DNA of 64,000 nucleotides from Guillardia theta CCMP2712 (lineage: Eukaryota > Protista > Cryptophyta): assembly GCF_000315625.1 (NCBI RefSeq), contig NW_005434640.1, positions 397,593-461,592 of the forward strand, written 5' to 3'. Within the stretch, counting starts at the first letter, position 1. Each line of letters opens with the position of its first letter. A model generated the notes under the pieces. It was not told the origin of the DNA and did not search any database. It was given only the letters and a program-made list of their open reading frames with translations. The translations under genes and the position numbers were made by a program. Below are positions 46,934 through 58,980 of the stretch, in pieces.

Positions 46934-49900
46934 ATGGCGAGGAAAACTTCAACAGCCGTTCTCCTCGTCTCCACCATCATCTTCGGCGTGATCTGTGGAG
47001 CATTCCTGGTGCAGCAAACCATCAGGCCCATTCGTTCTTCAGAGCTGACTCCATCATCTCCATCCCGTCATGGCCTCTCCCCAGCTTCTGCAAAGCGAGG
47101 GCGGCCAATGGTGGCGTCCAGGCAAGCCGTGCATGCGACGAACAAGAAGTATACAATGCACAACGTGATGAAGAAGTTGTTCTCACGGTCCTCATCTGTG
47201 AGTGTGTTCTTCCCCCTGATCAATGTGCAGGGCACCCGCGAGCTATAAGTTCAGAACTGAATACTACGAGGAAAGCATCAAGTCCGCTGTAGGGTTATCC
47301 TCTTGTGGTGGTTCAAGCTCAAGACTTTAGCAGATGCCCAGCTTGAACGAGACGGCGAGCGCGTCCTCAGAGAATAAAACCTCTGATACTATGGACCTGG
47401 ACCTGGACCTGGACGACAACGTGGCGATGTGGTCGGCTGAGCCATACAAAGATGAAGACGGCGACATTGAGCTAGAAGACATTCTGTTCTATGACCTCCC
47501 CCTCTTCTGCTTGTTCTTGGGTATTCTTCTGTACGTTGAAGTGAGTGGAACCTGCTCGAACCTCGTCCTCCACTGACTCCTGGCCTTCAGGTCACAGCAT
47601 GCCTGTGGCGTCGTGGACGCGATTTTCTTGTAAACACATCGATGTGGAAGGAGAGCGGATCGCAGGCGAGGGGGCAGGCAGCGAAGGAGAGTCAGGTGAG
47701 AATGCGTGTGCTCCTCACCCTCCTGGCTGATGCTCTTGGAAGCTGATGATATTCCGCCCTTACGCCACCTGGTTCGCCGTCATCGGCCTGTGGTTGGTGA
47801 TCAAGAGCGCCATCGACGTGTTCGGCAAGGTGATGACTTGACAAGAGGACGCGAGCCCAGCGCTGACTGCTGCTCATGCAGTGTTACTGGAACTGGTACT
47901 GCTGGATGGACCTCGACTGCAACCTCCGCATCCTGACACCTGCTGTGGCGGAATGCACGTTGGACGTGATGATTCCTGCCTGTGTCTTCACTTCCATCCT
48001 CGTCTGCGGAGTCCTCGCGTGTGTGTGGTGCTTCACGAGGCCATGGTCGAGCCTGGTGCTGTTCGGTACCTTCATCACGGGCATCTATGCAATCTCGACG
48101 ACAAGCCTGTTCGTCTATGCTCTTTGGGTCTTCACCGCCATCGGATTCAACTACTTCTATTTCTATGTGAGTCTCCCTCCGCTCCTCTGCTCTGCTTCAC
48201 TTCCCCTCCTCTCCTCTCTGTTGGCAACTCACTCACTCACTCACATCTCTCCACTCACACACCCAGTCTCCCTTCATCTTCTCTTCATCAACCTTGTCAT
48301 AGTTGTGGTTGACTCCCACCAGATTCTTCCATACGTGGCGGAATCCCCGTCCTGGTGTGAAGACCTCGGATCTCTTGCTCTCTCCAACCCGCCTGACTGT
48401 GAGATGAGAGATGGCGACAGGCAGCAGGTTTGCCTTCCCTCTTCCCCTCCAGAGCCACTGCCCCCTCACTTGCCTGAGTAGAACTGGGAGGCTTGTGCGG
48501 AGCCAGTTGAGGATCCGACCAGGTGAGAATTTGAGGGGAGGGGGAGAAGTTCATGAGTGATGCAGGGAGGAGATGTCAGTGTTGAGCTGGACAGAAACCG
48601 CCGGGTGGTACGTGGCAGATTTCTTCCAGAAGAACATGCGAGACTGGAGGATCTTGTGGAATGGTGAGCAACTCCCTGCTCCCCCTCCCTTCTCCTGCCC
48701 CTCCCCTCGCTCCTACTGAACCGACTTGTGGGATCTTTTCATGATGTTTGAGGTTGAGCAGGTCTGGTGATGAGATGCTTCGTCCTCCTCTTCTGCTCTC
48801 AGAACATCCGAGTGTTCGGCAAGGAGAACGTTCAGCACATTGGATCGCACGACAAGGTGAGGGGAGGCATTGACAGACAGGATGAGGGTGGAGGAGGGAT
48901 AGAGCAGCAGGAGGGGAGAGGAGGGAGCTGAGTGACAGGGCAGCAGGAGGGGCAGGTGGACTGATGGCCGTGTAGGTTTTGCTCGCTGCCAACCATCGGA
49001 CCTTCTACGACTTCTTCGTCATCACCGTCAGCGGCATTTGGGCCAACAGCGGAGCCTCGTTCTTCTCTTTCTACCCGGTACCTCCTCCTCTTGTCTGCTG
49101 AGCGAGGAGTGAGGGCGAGGCAGGTCCGCTCCTCCTTCTTCTACACCAACCCGGGAGGCATCTTACTCAACATGATCGCCTCGGCCATGGCGATGATCCC
49201 GCCGGTCCTCAACACCCCGAGCGACAAGCAGAAGGAGGCCACGAAGCCTTCCACCGACGCGAAGAGGTGGAACGACTTTGTGATCCGCAGGATCGTCAGC
49301 GAGCTCAGAACTCCCGGCACCGTCTGTGGGATCCATCCCGAGGTCTTTCCATGCTACCACACATCCCGTCTTCGTCCTCTTCCTCGTCCTCACCCTCCTC
49401 GTTGGCTACGTCGAGGCTCCTCTTCTTGTCCCTTTTTCGTCTGTTTTGCTTCTCATGTCTACTCACCTCGAGCTCAGGGCACACGGAACACGTCCCCTGA
49501 CCCCTACGACATCCTCCCGACCAAACCAGGTAGGGCATGAGTGGAGGAGGGAAATGAGGACAAGAGGAGGAGCTGAGAAGAGGACAGGGATCGGGCGAGT
49601 GTCACTAGAGGCGGAGGAGACGCATGTCATCCCCGTGTTCATCAAGGGGATCGAGAGCGACTTGCTGGAAGCCTTCCGCAAGAACTGGTGGAGCAAGGAG
49701 ACGACCGACATTTGTATCGGCCCTCACGTGGACGTGAGCGACCTGCAGAAGGTAGGGAGGAGGAGGAGGAGAAGGGACAAGGTAAGGGAGATTAACTGAT
49801 ATGTTGCCACAGAGATTGAAAGAGGGAGGCAATGCTGATGAGCTGAGCGTTGAAGCCGGTGATGATCAGGAGGGTGGCGGGGGTGGGCTGGGGGGTCCGG

Positions 49901-50193
49901 AGAAGAATCACCGTTGGCTTCGGCTGAATCAGTTGCTATTGCAGGAGAGAGAATTACAGACGCGATCAAGAAGCTCGCCGCGGCACACAAGGAGATGGTG
50001 AGAGGAGGTGGAGGAGGAGGTGGTGGTGGTGGAGCCTGGTTGGGGGTTTAGGGTAAAGGGGGGGTGAAGGAGGCTGACCCTGAGTCTTGCAGGAGGAGAA
50101 GGAGGCGAGGGAGAGCGACAAGGTGTGTAAGAGCTTGGGCGAGTGAGCTGACTGACAATGTGGCAGCCGTACCAGGGGGCAGGGCAAGTCTGA
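46934..50193 (+). CDS. PlsC/tafazzin-like phospholipid acyltransferase with a large N-terminal multi-TM region
   Basis: VLLAANHRTFYD (HxxxxD), GIHPE|GTRN, ILPTKPG|IGRV, VIPVFIKG. Upstream exons encode several hydrophobic helices. Confidence 0.85.
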
Positions 50194-50357
50194 GGATGTA
50201 GAGGTCTGAAGTTAGACATGTCATGTTCGTATCTTTGAGACCGCAGTGAAGTCAAGCGAACAGAAGGGAAGAGAGGGAGGGCGGGAGTAGCGAAGCATGA
50301 GGAGAGGAAGAGGGAGGGGAGGGAAGAGAAACCGTGACAAGTCAATGCACCTTTGGT

Positions 50358-51565
50358 CTAGAGCTCCTCTTTGCTCGCTTGGCCTTCCGAGTTCTCCTGC
50401 AGGCGCGTGAGGTCAGCGAGCAGGAGGGAGGGGAACCTTGACGTTGAGGATGGTCAGCATCTGAGAAACGAGTGAGGAGGAGCAGGCGCAGCAGGACTTC
50501 TCACCGCCTCCTCCTGCTCTTTCCTCTTCCCCACCACTGCCAGCGCCTTCCGCATGCTCTTGACGATCTTTGACGTGTCAGCCTCCCCTCGCTCCCAGCA
50601 GGCCCTACCGTCTCCTCGGAGCTGTGGAAGTACTTGTACTTGGCGTTCCCTCCCTCACCTGCTCTCCTGCTCACCATCACTCGAGCACGCGCATCCCTCA
50701 CACTCGATCTCCGTCAACAGTTCCCCGTGCTCCCCGTCGTAGAAGTAGATGCGGGGGATGTAGGAGCCGTCCACGTGCCAGGCCGCGTCCTGTAGAGACA
50801 GTCAGCGGCGGCAGCAGCAGCAGCAGTTGTACCGTGGGCTCCTCCTGATCCTGCGGCGAGTGAGCTGGGGAGGAGAAGGAGAGCAGCAAACCTCAACATT
50901 GATCATCACAAACTCTTTGGCGAGCTGCTCGATGCTCGTGCTTCCCGACACGACAGGCTTCAGCGCCTTCCATGTCGTCACCTCAAAGGATTCAGCCCCT
51001 CTGCCTCACCCTGCAGGCCCCGCACCAGCTCTTGTGGATCAAGATCATGGCCTGTGGAAGGTCAAGGGGGCAAAGCGGCAGGTGGAGGAGGAGGAGGAGG
51101 AGGAGGAGGAGGAGGAGGAGGAGGAGGAGGAGGAGGAGGAGGAGGAGGAGGAGGAGGAGGAGGCACAGGTTTCGCTCGCGCTTCTGCTTCCTTGAGCCCT
51201 CCCTCGAAGCTGAACCACTCGAACTGCTCGCCGAATCCTCTTCCATCCACCCTCGAAACTTCACTCGACAGTCAGTCAGTCAGTTCGCTGCATCAATTCA
51301 ACTCACCGTTGGCACCTCCGCATACGGGATCCACCACTAGAGCATGAAACTGATCAGACCTCTCCTTCTCCTCCCTCTCCTCCCTCTCCTCCCTCTCCTC
51401 CCTCTCCTCTCCTCTCCTCCCTCTCCTGCCTGTCCTTCCTGTCCTGCCTGTCCTGCCTGTCCTGCCTGTCCTGCCTGTCCTCTCCTGCATCCCCTCTCCT
51501 CCCTCCCTCCCTTCCTTACCCAGCAGCAGCAGCAGCAGCAGCAGCATCAGCGTGCTCGGGTGCAT
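50358..51565 (-). CDS. TXNDC12: Thioredoxin domain-containing protein 12 (ERp18/AGR family), ER-resident
   Basis: GRGFGEQFEW..LIHKSWCGAC|KALKP..FVMINVE..DGSYIPRIYF..KYKYFH; poly-Leu signal peptide; C-terminal KEEL*. Confidence 0.93.
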
Positions 51566-51596
51566 TTTGCAAGGCCACGTTACCCTCATACCGACA

Positions 51597-52863
51597 ATGA
51601 GGCGCAATGGAATCGCAGCGGGGGCGGCATGCTTGCTGCTGGCGGCGAGGTGAGAGAGAGGGAGGGGGGCGAGCGAAGCCTGAGCGATGAAGCAAGACGG
51701 AGAGAGAGAGAGAAGGAGGGAGGGAGGGAGAGGGAGGGAGGGAGAGGAGGGGACGGGGGGGGGGGGGGGAGGAGAAGAATGAGCATGAAGTCCTGGGATG
51801 ACTGCCGTGTCAGTGCTGGGGGTGTCGGGAGACGTGGAGGGACGTCGATGCTGTCGCATGCCGTGTGGTGGAAGTCGAGCGACGCGCTTGTGAGACGCGC
51901 GTCTTTCCTCGTACACGTCGCTGCTGCTTGACGGACGACGAAGAGAATAACGGCATGGCAGACATGCAGGAGGCTGAAGGAGGCGCGAGAGTGTCTCCTC
52001 GAGTCCCTTCGCCTCTCGGAACAAGAAGATCAACCGCATGCTAAGGTCTCGTCTGCCCTTGGCTCCTCCCTACACTCTCCCCCACCCTCCCTCTCTTTCA
52101 ACTCTTTTGGTTCATGTTTTGCTAGTTTGAGGCTCTATTTGCCTTCGCCACCTTCCTGCATAAGGAGGAGAGGTAAGAAATCGATCCTGTCTCTGCTGCT
52201 GGTGCTGGTGCTGGTGCTGGTGCTGGTGCTGGTGCTGGTGCTGGTGCTGGTGCTGGTGCTGCTCTTCCTCTTCAATCTCCCTCCTCTGGCTCCAAGCGCC
52301 TCACGTCCTGGCAGCGACCTCGAGCTGGCAGAGAAAATCTACCAGCAGCTGCTGGACGCGGAGGGGGAGAAGGTGAGGCTGCGATGGCAGCGGGTCAGAC
52401 GCGTGACAGCCGGGCAGGTGGAGGTGCTGAACAGCTACGCGCTCCTCATGCACACCGGGACTAACCAGCGATGGGAAGATGCAGAGGAGCTGTACGAGAG
52501 GTGAGGAAGAGAGGGGAAGAGAAGGGAGGGGAGGGGAGGGGAGGGGAGGGGAATGGTCAGAGGAGGGACAAGGAGCAGGGGAGGTGGTAGAAGAGGAGGA
52601 GGGTGACGGCGAAAGAAGCTGATGGCAGCGAGAAGAGCGCTCGAGCTGGACCCTCACCACGCCCCAACGTTGAGCAACTACGCGATGCTGCAAGGAGAGC
52701 GGACGGACGGGCGAGGGAGTTACAAGTCGACCATGTTCTTGTAAGAGAGGAGGCGAAAGAGCTGGCTTCCCGTCACTTGCCATGCAGGTACGAACGAGCG
52801 ATGGCGAACAGCCCCAAGGAGGTGAAGGAGACGCAGGAGAAGTACGAGATTGACGCGCTCTGA
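51597..52863 (+). CDS. Small TPR-repeat protein, possibly with signal peptide
   Basis: FAFATFLH..DLELAEKIYQQLL, VLNSYALLMH..EDAEELYE, ALELDPHHAPTLSNYAML, YERAMANSP. Start exon tentative. Confidence 0.7.
52194..52262. repeat. (CTGGTG)n hexamer repeat inside a TPR-gene intron
   Basis: Direct repeat. Confidence 0.93.
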
Positions 52864-52900
52864 GTTACAAGCGCGAGAAGCAGCTCGAAGCTCGTCGCCC

Positions 52901-55165
52901 TCAAGCGTAATCCTTGTAGACCTGCCCGGCAATGACCAGACGCTGAATCTATCGAGCAAGTCATGGACAAAGGATTAGCGAACCAGAGCATCTCCCTCCT
53001 TCCTCTCCCCTTCTCTCCCTCCGCCTCCTTCGCCCCCCAAGTGTTTCTCCGTCATCGCTCCTTTCTCTCCATCTATCCCAGCAACAGCCTCCCTGCCTCA
53101 CCTCGCTTGTTCCTTCATAAATCTCTGTGATCCTAGCGTCTCGGTAGTGTCGCTCCACCGGGTAATCCGTCACGTATCCTGCTCGCCCTTCACTCGCAGC
53201 TTCTTCTTTCGCATCTCACCGTATCCTCCCAGCACTTGAATCGCTTGATGCGAGCAGAAAGTTGCCGCTTCCGACGCCGCGAGTCTAACATGAAGGTGAG
53301 AACAAGTGCGCCAAGAGCTCACATTTGAGAATCCGCATTCTACATGCACGTGCGAATGCGAATGCTCTCCCTCCACATGCAGAAGCTTCACTCACTTTGC
53401 CATGGCCGCAGCCTTGATGAAGTTCTCCTTGTCATCTTTCATCTGAGCTGCTCGCCAGCTGGAGGCTTGTCAGACATGTTTGTCATCGGGAGGAGATGGG
53501 AACGTGAGGAGGCGGGCGGACTCAATCTTCATGGCCTGACAAGATGACAGTCAGCAGCGCATGACAAGCCTCATGGCGCAGAACCATGTCAGCGATCTTG
53601 AACTGGATGGCCTGCAGCTTTGAGATGGGACTGCCGAACGCCGTGCGCGTTTCCGAGTATCTTCACTCTATCATCTCCTTCACGAGTCCCTCACTCTCTA
53701 CCTCACTGCAGCATCTAGCGAAGCCTGCGCTATCCCGACTCCCTGCCGACGGTCAGTGCCGGCATGCACACCTACAAGGTCACCTGGCTTGCAATTCCGA
53801 TCCTGCCACCGTCTAGGGTCATCATGGCGATCTTGAAGCCCATGCCTGCCGTCCGCGTCAGCCTCCTCCTCTGCTCGCCTCGTTCCCTACCAAGATCGCC
53901 GAGGAGATGAGAGCGAGGGATGCGACAGTCCTCGAAGATGAGGCTGATGCGAGTGAGCGGCGAGCCTCGAGCTCCTCTATCACCTGCAGGTGCCCGACGC
54001 TCGGATCCCAAGCTTATCCTCGGGCTGAAGTTCCAAGTGAGAAGAGGAGGAGTAGGAAGCAAAGAGCTCTTACCTTTCCCGTGGTAAAGCCGGGAGTGCC
54101 TTTCTCTACCAAGAACGCGGAGATTCCTGTCATGTACTTGTCATGCTCCTGACAAGAGCTGCCGCTTCACCTTTGTGTTTGGCTGACTTGTCGGAGGTCG
54201 CGAAGACGATGGCAGCATCTGCAGTCGGCCCGTTGGTGATCCAGTTCTTAGTGCCATTCAAGACCTGGCCAATCGACATGAGAATCACGGGACCACTCCA
54301 TCCGTTTCAATCCGTTACAAAGTGATCGCCATCAGCCACAGCCACCGTCGACGCAGCCCCTGAGCTCGTTTAGTCAATTTCTACGTGAGCCCTTCGCCTC
54401 ACCTGCATCCGATCCGTTGCCGGGTTCACTCAGAGCAAAGCAGCCTACAGGAGGCAACAGTCAGTCCCGAGCTCAAGTCCAGCTCAGGTGCTGACCAAGC
54501 TTGTTGCCGGACGCAAAGTCAGTCAGCCATTTTTCTTTCTGCTCGGCTGTCCCGAACATCTTGATCGGGTCACTGCGAGCCGTCAGACAGCAGTCGGGAT
54601 GTAGCAGGCCAACCAACCAGTAAAGCGAGTTGTTGGCGGACATGACCACACCGCAGCTGGCGCATCCGCGAGAGATTTCTTCGAGAGAAATGGCGTAGGA
54701 CATGGTATCCATCCCCGAGCCCCCGAATTCCGTTGGCTGACTCACTCCCATCAAGCCCATCTCTCCCATCTTCTTGATGACTTCCACTGGAAGCTTGTGC
54801 CTACGACAAGCCTCACTCGCAAGCCCCTGACTCATTTCATGCAGTACTCTTTGTCCCACGATCCCGCGTTAGGGGCTAGTTCCTCATCAGCGAACTGGCG
54901 GCACATGCTTTGGAGCATCTTTGACATGGACAGAGATGGTGAGGATTGAGAATGAATGAAGGGTAAGGAGATCAGCCCATAATCGATAGTAACGCGCGTC
55001 CTCACTCACCTTATGCTCATCGCTGACCTGGCTATAAGTTGTGATACTTCGACACACATGATGCCGCAGTAAAGTCTTGGCACTGATGGAAGACCTGCCG
55101 GAGAGGGTCAGCCTCCTCCACTATCCATTCGTCACCTGCCTCTGAAGGCTCTGCCTCAAGAACAT
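52901..55165 (-). CDS. ACADS: Short-chain acyl-CoA dehydrogenase, mitochondrial
   Basis: [112 protein letters not shown]. Confidence 0.96.
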
Positions 55166-56454
55166 CCTGCGTATGCAACACAAGTCAGAGTCACGTAGGC
55201 ACAGAAGCATCCATGCAATCAAACATGATCGAACACCTTTCCCGGCAATCATTTGCCTTTCCTGCATGCTCGAGTCGCTTCTTCCCAAAATCTATCCCCT
55301 GCCTCCGTTACTGTCTCTCTGGCTCTTCTCCTGCCCCTGCTCTAGTCTCGTTTCTCATGTAGCTGTCGCTGTGTCTGTCTCTCCCTCTCCCTCCCTCTCC
55401 CTCCCTCTCCCTCTACCTGTACCTCTATNNNNNNNNNNNNNNNNNNNNNNNNNNNNNNNNNNNNNNNNNNNNNNNNNNNNNNNNNNNNNNNNNNNNNNNN
55501 NNNNNNNNNNNNNNNNNNNNNNNNNNNNNNNNNNNNNNNNNNNNNNNNNNNNNNNNNNNNNNNNNNNNNNNNNNNNNNNNNNNNNNNNNNNNNNNNNNNN
55601 NNNNNNNNNNNNNNNNNNNNNNNNNNNNNNNNNNNNNNNNNNNNNNNNNNNNNNNNNNNNNNNNNNNNNNNNNNNNNNNNNNNNNNNNNNNNNNNNNNNN
55701 NNNNNNNNNNNNNNNNNNNNNNNNNNNNNNNNNNNNNNNNNNNNNNNNNNNNNNNNNNNNNNNNNNNNNNNNNNNNNNNNNNNNNNNNNNNNNNNNNNNN
55801 NNNNNNNNNNNNNNNNNNNNNNNNNNNNNNTCCTCCTACGTCCTCCCTCCTCCCTCCCCTCCTCCCTCCCCTCCTCCCTCCCTCCCTCCTCCCTCCCCTC
55901 CTCCCTCCTCCCTCCTCCCTCCCTCGTCCCGTCCCCCGTCCCCGTCCCCCGGTCCCCTCCTTCCTTACCCTCCTCTCCCTCCTTGTCCCTCTCCATGTCC
56001 CTCTCTCTCTCCCTCTATCTCTCCCTCTCCCTCCCTCCCTCCTCGCTTTCCCTCTCCCTCTCCCTCTCCCTCTCCCTCTCCCTCTCCCCTCTCCCCTCTC
56101 CCTCCCTCCCTTTCCCTCCCATGCCTTCGCCCTCTTTCTGTCTCTCTCTGCCTTGGTCTCCCTCCCTCACGTCGCATAGATGCGCCCCAGGCGCATGGCC
56201 AATCGGAAAGGCCTGGGCACCCTCATCCCCTCACTGTCCCCAGGCACCAGGGAGGCTGGGTGGGTACGGACTCCCAGACGGACTCCCTTGAGTCAAAACT
56301 AGGGTTGGCCCGTCTCTCAAATCAGTTCTCGTACAGATTTTAAGTTAACTTCGAGTAAAAGTTCTACCGCAGCGAAACTGCGCATGTGCGTGGTGGGGGA
56401 GGTGCTGCATGGTGGGGGAGGAAGCATGAGGGAGGCGACGAGGAGGCGAGAGAC

Positions 56455-58952
56455 ATGCGAAGACAGGCAGCTTCTCTGATCTTCTTGCTCCTCCTGTGGG
56501 GGCTGCGAGAAGCGGTTGCGAACAGAGAGTCGGTAAAGACCGTGATGGCGGCAATAGCGGCGGATGAGAGGTTTGAGAGGAGGAAGGACGCCTTGCTGGA
56601 GGCCATCTCCTGCGGGGCAGACCGGAGCAAGAAGGGATCTTTCGATGCTCCGATACAAGAGATGCTCGAGGAGCTGAACCAGCACCCTGACTACGTCTCC
56701 ACTTCTTCCTGTTCTGGCAGGGTCGCCATCTTCTGGGAGCCTGTCACGGAAACAGGGAAGGGAGTGGAGGAGGGGGAGGGGCTCGAAGAGCCTGAGGACC
56801 AGAAAGAGCAGAAGAAACGATGCAAGGGAGGGCAGTGGCTCCTCTGCAAGCACGCTCACGTTACAATCGAAGATGTCCAACAGGCTCTGGCGCTTCGTCC
56901 CGCGGAGAAAGGAACCGCCTACTTCAAGCACGAGCCCTTCATCTTACACGTGCAGTGTAAGTCGCTGGAAGCTGCTACTCGACTCATGGAGGCGGCGAGG
57001 GACGCAGGGTTCAGAGAGTCCGGCATCTCCGTTGGGTGAGGAAAGGGCTTGCTTTCTCGAGTGACGGGGGTGGCAGGAGGAAGCATGTGATAGTGGGCGT
57101 GAGAACCTCGGCTCTAAGGATGGAAGCTCCCATCCTCGTGGACGGAGAGCTGGTAGTCTCAGGCGAGTACCTCGCTATATTGGCAGGCATTGCCAATGAG
57201 AAGTTCACAAAGAACAAAGAGAAATCAGACAACTTGCACCGAATTCTGCGAAAAAGCATTCTGAGCCCACCGACCGGTTGTGAAGAGAATGACAAGAGAG
57301 CACAAGATGATGATGACGATGATGGTTGGACGATAGCTTGCAACCCCAACATTTGCGAGGAGATTCGCAAGATACTGTGCAAGAGCGGGGATCTTGAGAC
57401 GGTGAGGGAAGGGTTGAATGAATAAGAAGCAATCGTTCACCTGGCAGCAGAGGTACAGGAACAGCAAGCTTGAAGATGGCAAGGTTGCGGTTCCTCTTAG
57501 AAGAGAGGCGTTGGAGAAGTTGAAAGAGTCGACTGATGGTTTGGAGTTGCTTCTGATTGCTGTAGCGCTTACTCTCGATCTCAGTTGATGATGAGTTGAA
57601 CTTCATTCGATCTCAGATCAAACATGGAAACTGCTGTCTCGTCAAGGTTGTGCTTGTTCCCCTCTGGCCTTGTCGACTGCTCTTCTACTTCTCAACTCTC
57701 ACACGTGACAACAGGTCGACAACCTCCCGGTCGCCGGGAAGCAGATCAAGAGGTCGCCGCATGCCCTCCTCGTTGAAGCTGTCAAGCAGCTTCTCACAGC
57801 CAATGGCCATGCGATGCCGGAGGGAAAGGTGAGCGCTGTTCCGCTGCCTGCTCGCTCCCTCACTGCTCCTTCAGACCCTCGAGCAGGCTGGCGTCCCTCG
57901 ACACTGGGAGGAATTTGGAGACCTTATCCTTCTACCCGAAGGAAGCTTCCAGGTGCATGCCCAGCCCTAGTCCAGCTGAGCAGCGAAGTGACGTGTGGTC
58001 AGAGCTCGCCCTGGGATCTCATCGCCCCCGACGCCTTGTGGTCTGCGGTGGCTCGCGCGCTCTCCGCCAAGCGAGTCGCGGTCAAGGTGCTGCGGCTGCA
58101 CGTGAAGCTGAAGGGTTGAGGTTGAGGCAGGCGGAAGTTGACGAAGGAAGGATGCGGCAGAGCCACGTGACCCTCAAGTTCCCTCCGGGCGGCGACAGCT
58201 GGGTACAAGTCACGCAGAACGGCATCACCTACTCGCTCGACATCTGCAGGGTCATGTTCAGGCGAGACTGCTTCCTGCTTGCAGCTCCTCTCCAGCTCCT
58301 GACCTCCCGATAGCCGCGGGAACGTCAATGAGAGGGCGAGGATGGGAACTATCGCGGCTGCCGGAGAGACGGTGGTGGACCTGTATGCCGGCATCGGCTA
58401 CTTCACCCTCCCGCTGCTGGTGCAGGCCAAGTGCTCGAAGCTCTTCGCTTGTGAGATCAACCCGGACTCCGTCGAGGTCCCTCGCGCTCCTCCTCCTTCC
58501 CTTCTCACTTGCTTTCGGCAGGCCCTGCAGAGGAACCTCCTCGCCAATCGCGTCGCCGATCGCTGCCACGTGCTCCTCGGCGACAACCGCGAGACAACCT
58601 CCCTCCTCGACCGCTCGGCTCACCGCGTCCTCCTCGGCCTCCTCCCCTCCAGCGAGCAGGGCTGGCCCGTCGCGGTTTCGCATGCTCGTGAGAGGCTCAA
58701 CTCACGCTGCTTCAGGTTCGCTGCCTCCGCGACGATGGCGGTTGGCTGCACGTGCATGAGAACGTGGCGGAGGCCGACGAAGCCACGTGGCTGCGGCAGC
58801 TGGAGGAGGAGCTGGAGAAGATCGCGCGACGTCAGGGGAGAGGAGAGTGGCGAGCGAGAGTCGAGCACGTGGAGCACGTGAAGACCTACGCGCCGCGGGT
58901 GTGGCATCTGGTCGCTGACGTGGAGATGCGCCCGAGGGAGGAGGGAAGCTGA
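56455..58952 (+). CDS. tRNA wybutosine-synthesis TYW3-TYW2 fusion protein, with possible N-terminal signal peptide
   Basis: TYW3: DRSKKGSFDAPI, STSSCSGRV, EPFILHVQC, AGFRESGI. TYW2/Trm5 family: QNGITYSLDICRVMF.RGNVNERARM, VVDLYAGIGYFTLP, CEINP, RVLLGLLPSSE, HVHENV, HVKTYAPRVWHLVAD. Linker exons are phase-consistent. Confidence 0.9.
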
Positions 58953-58980
58953 TGAAAGTCGATGACGGACGAGATGGTGA

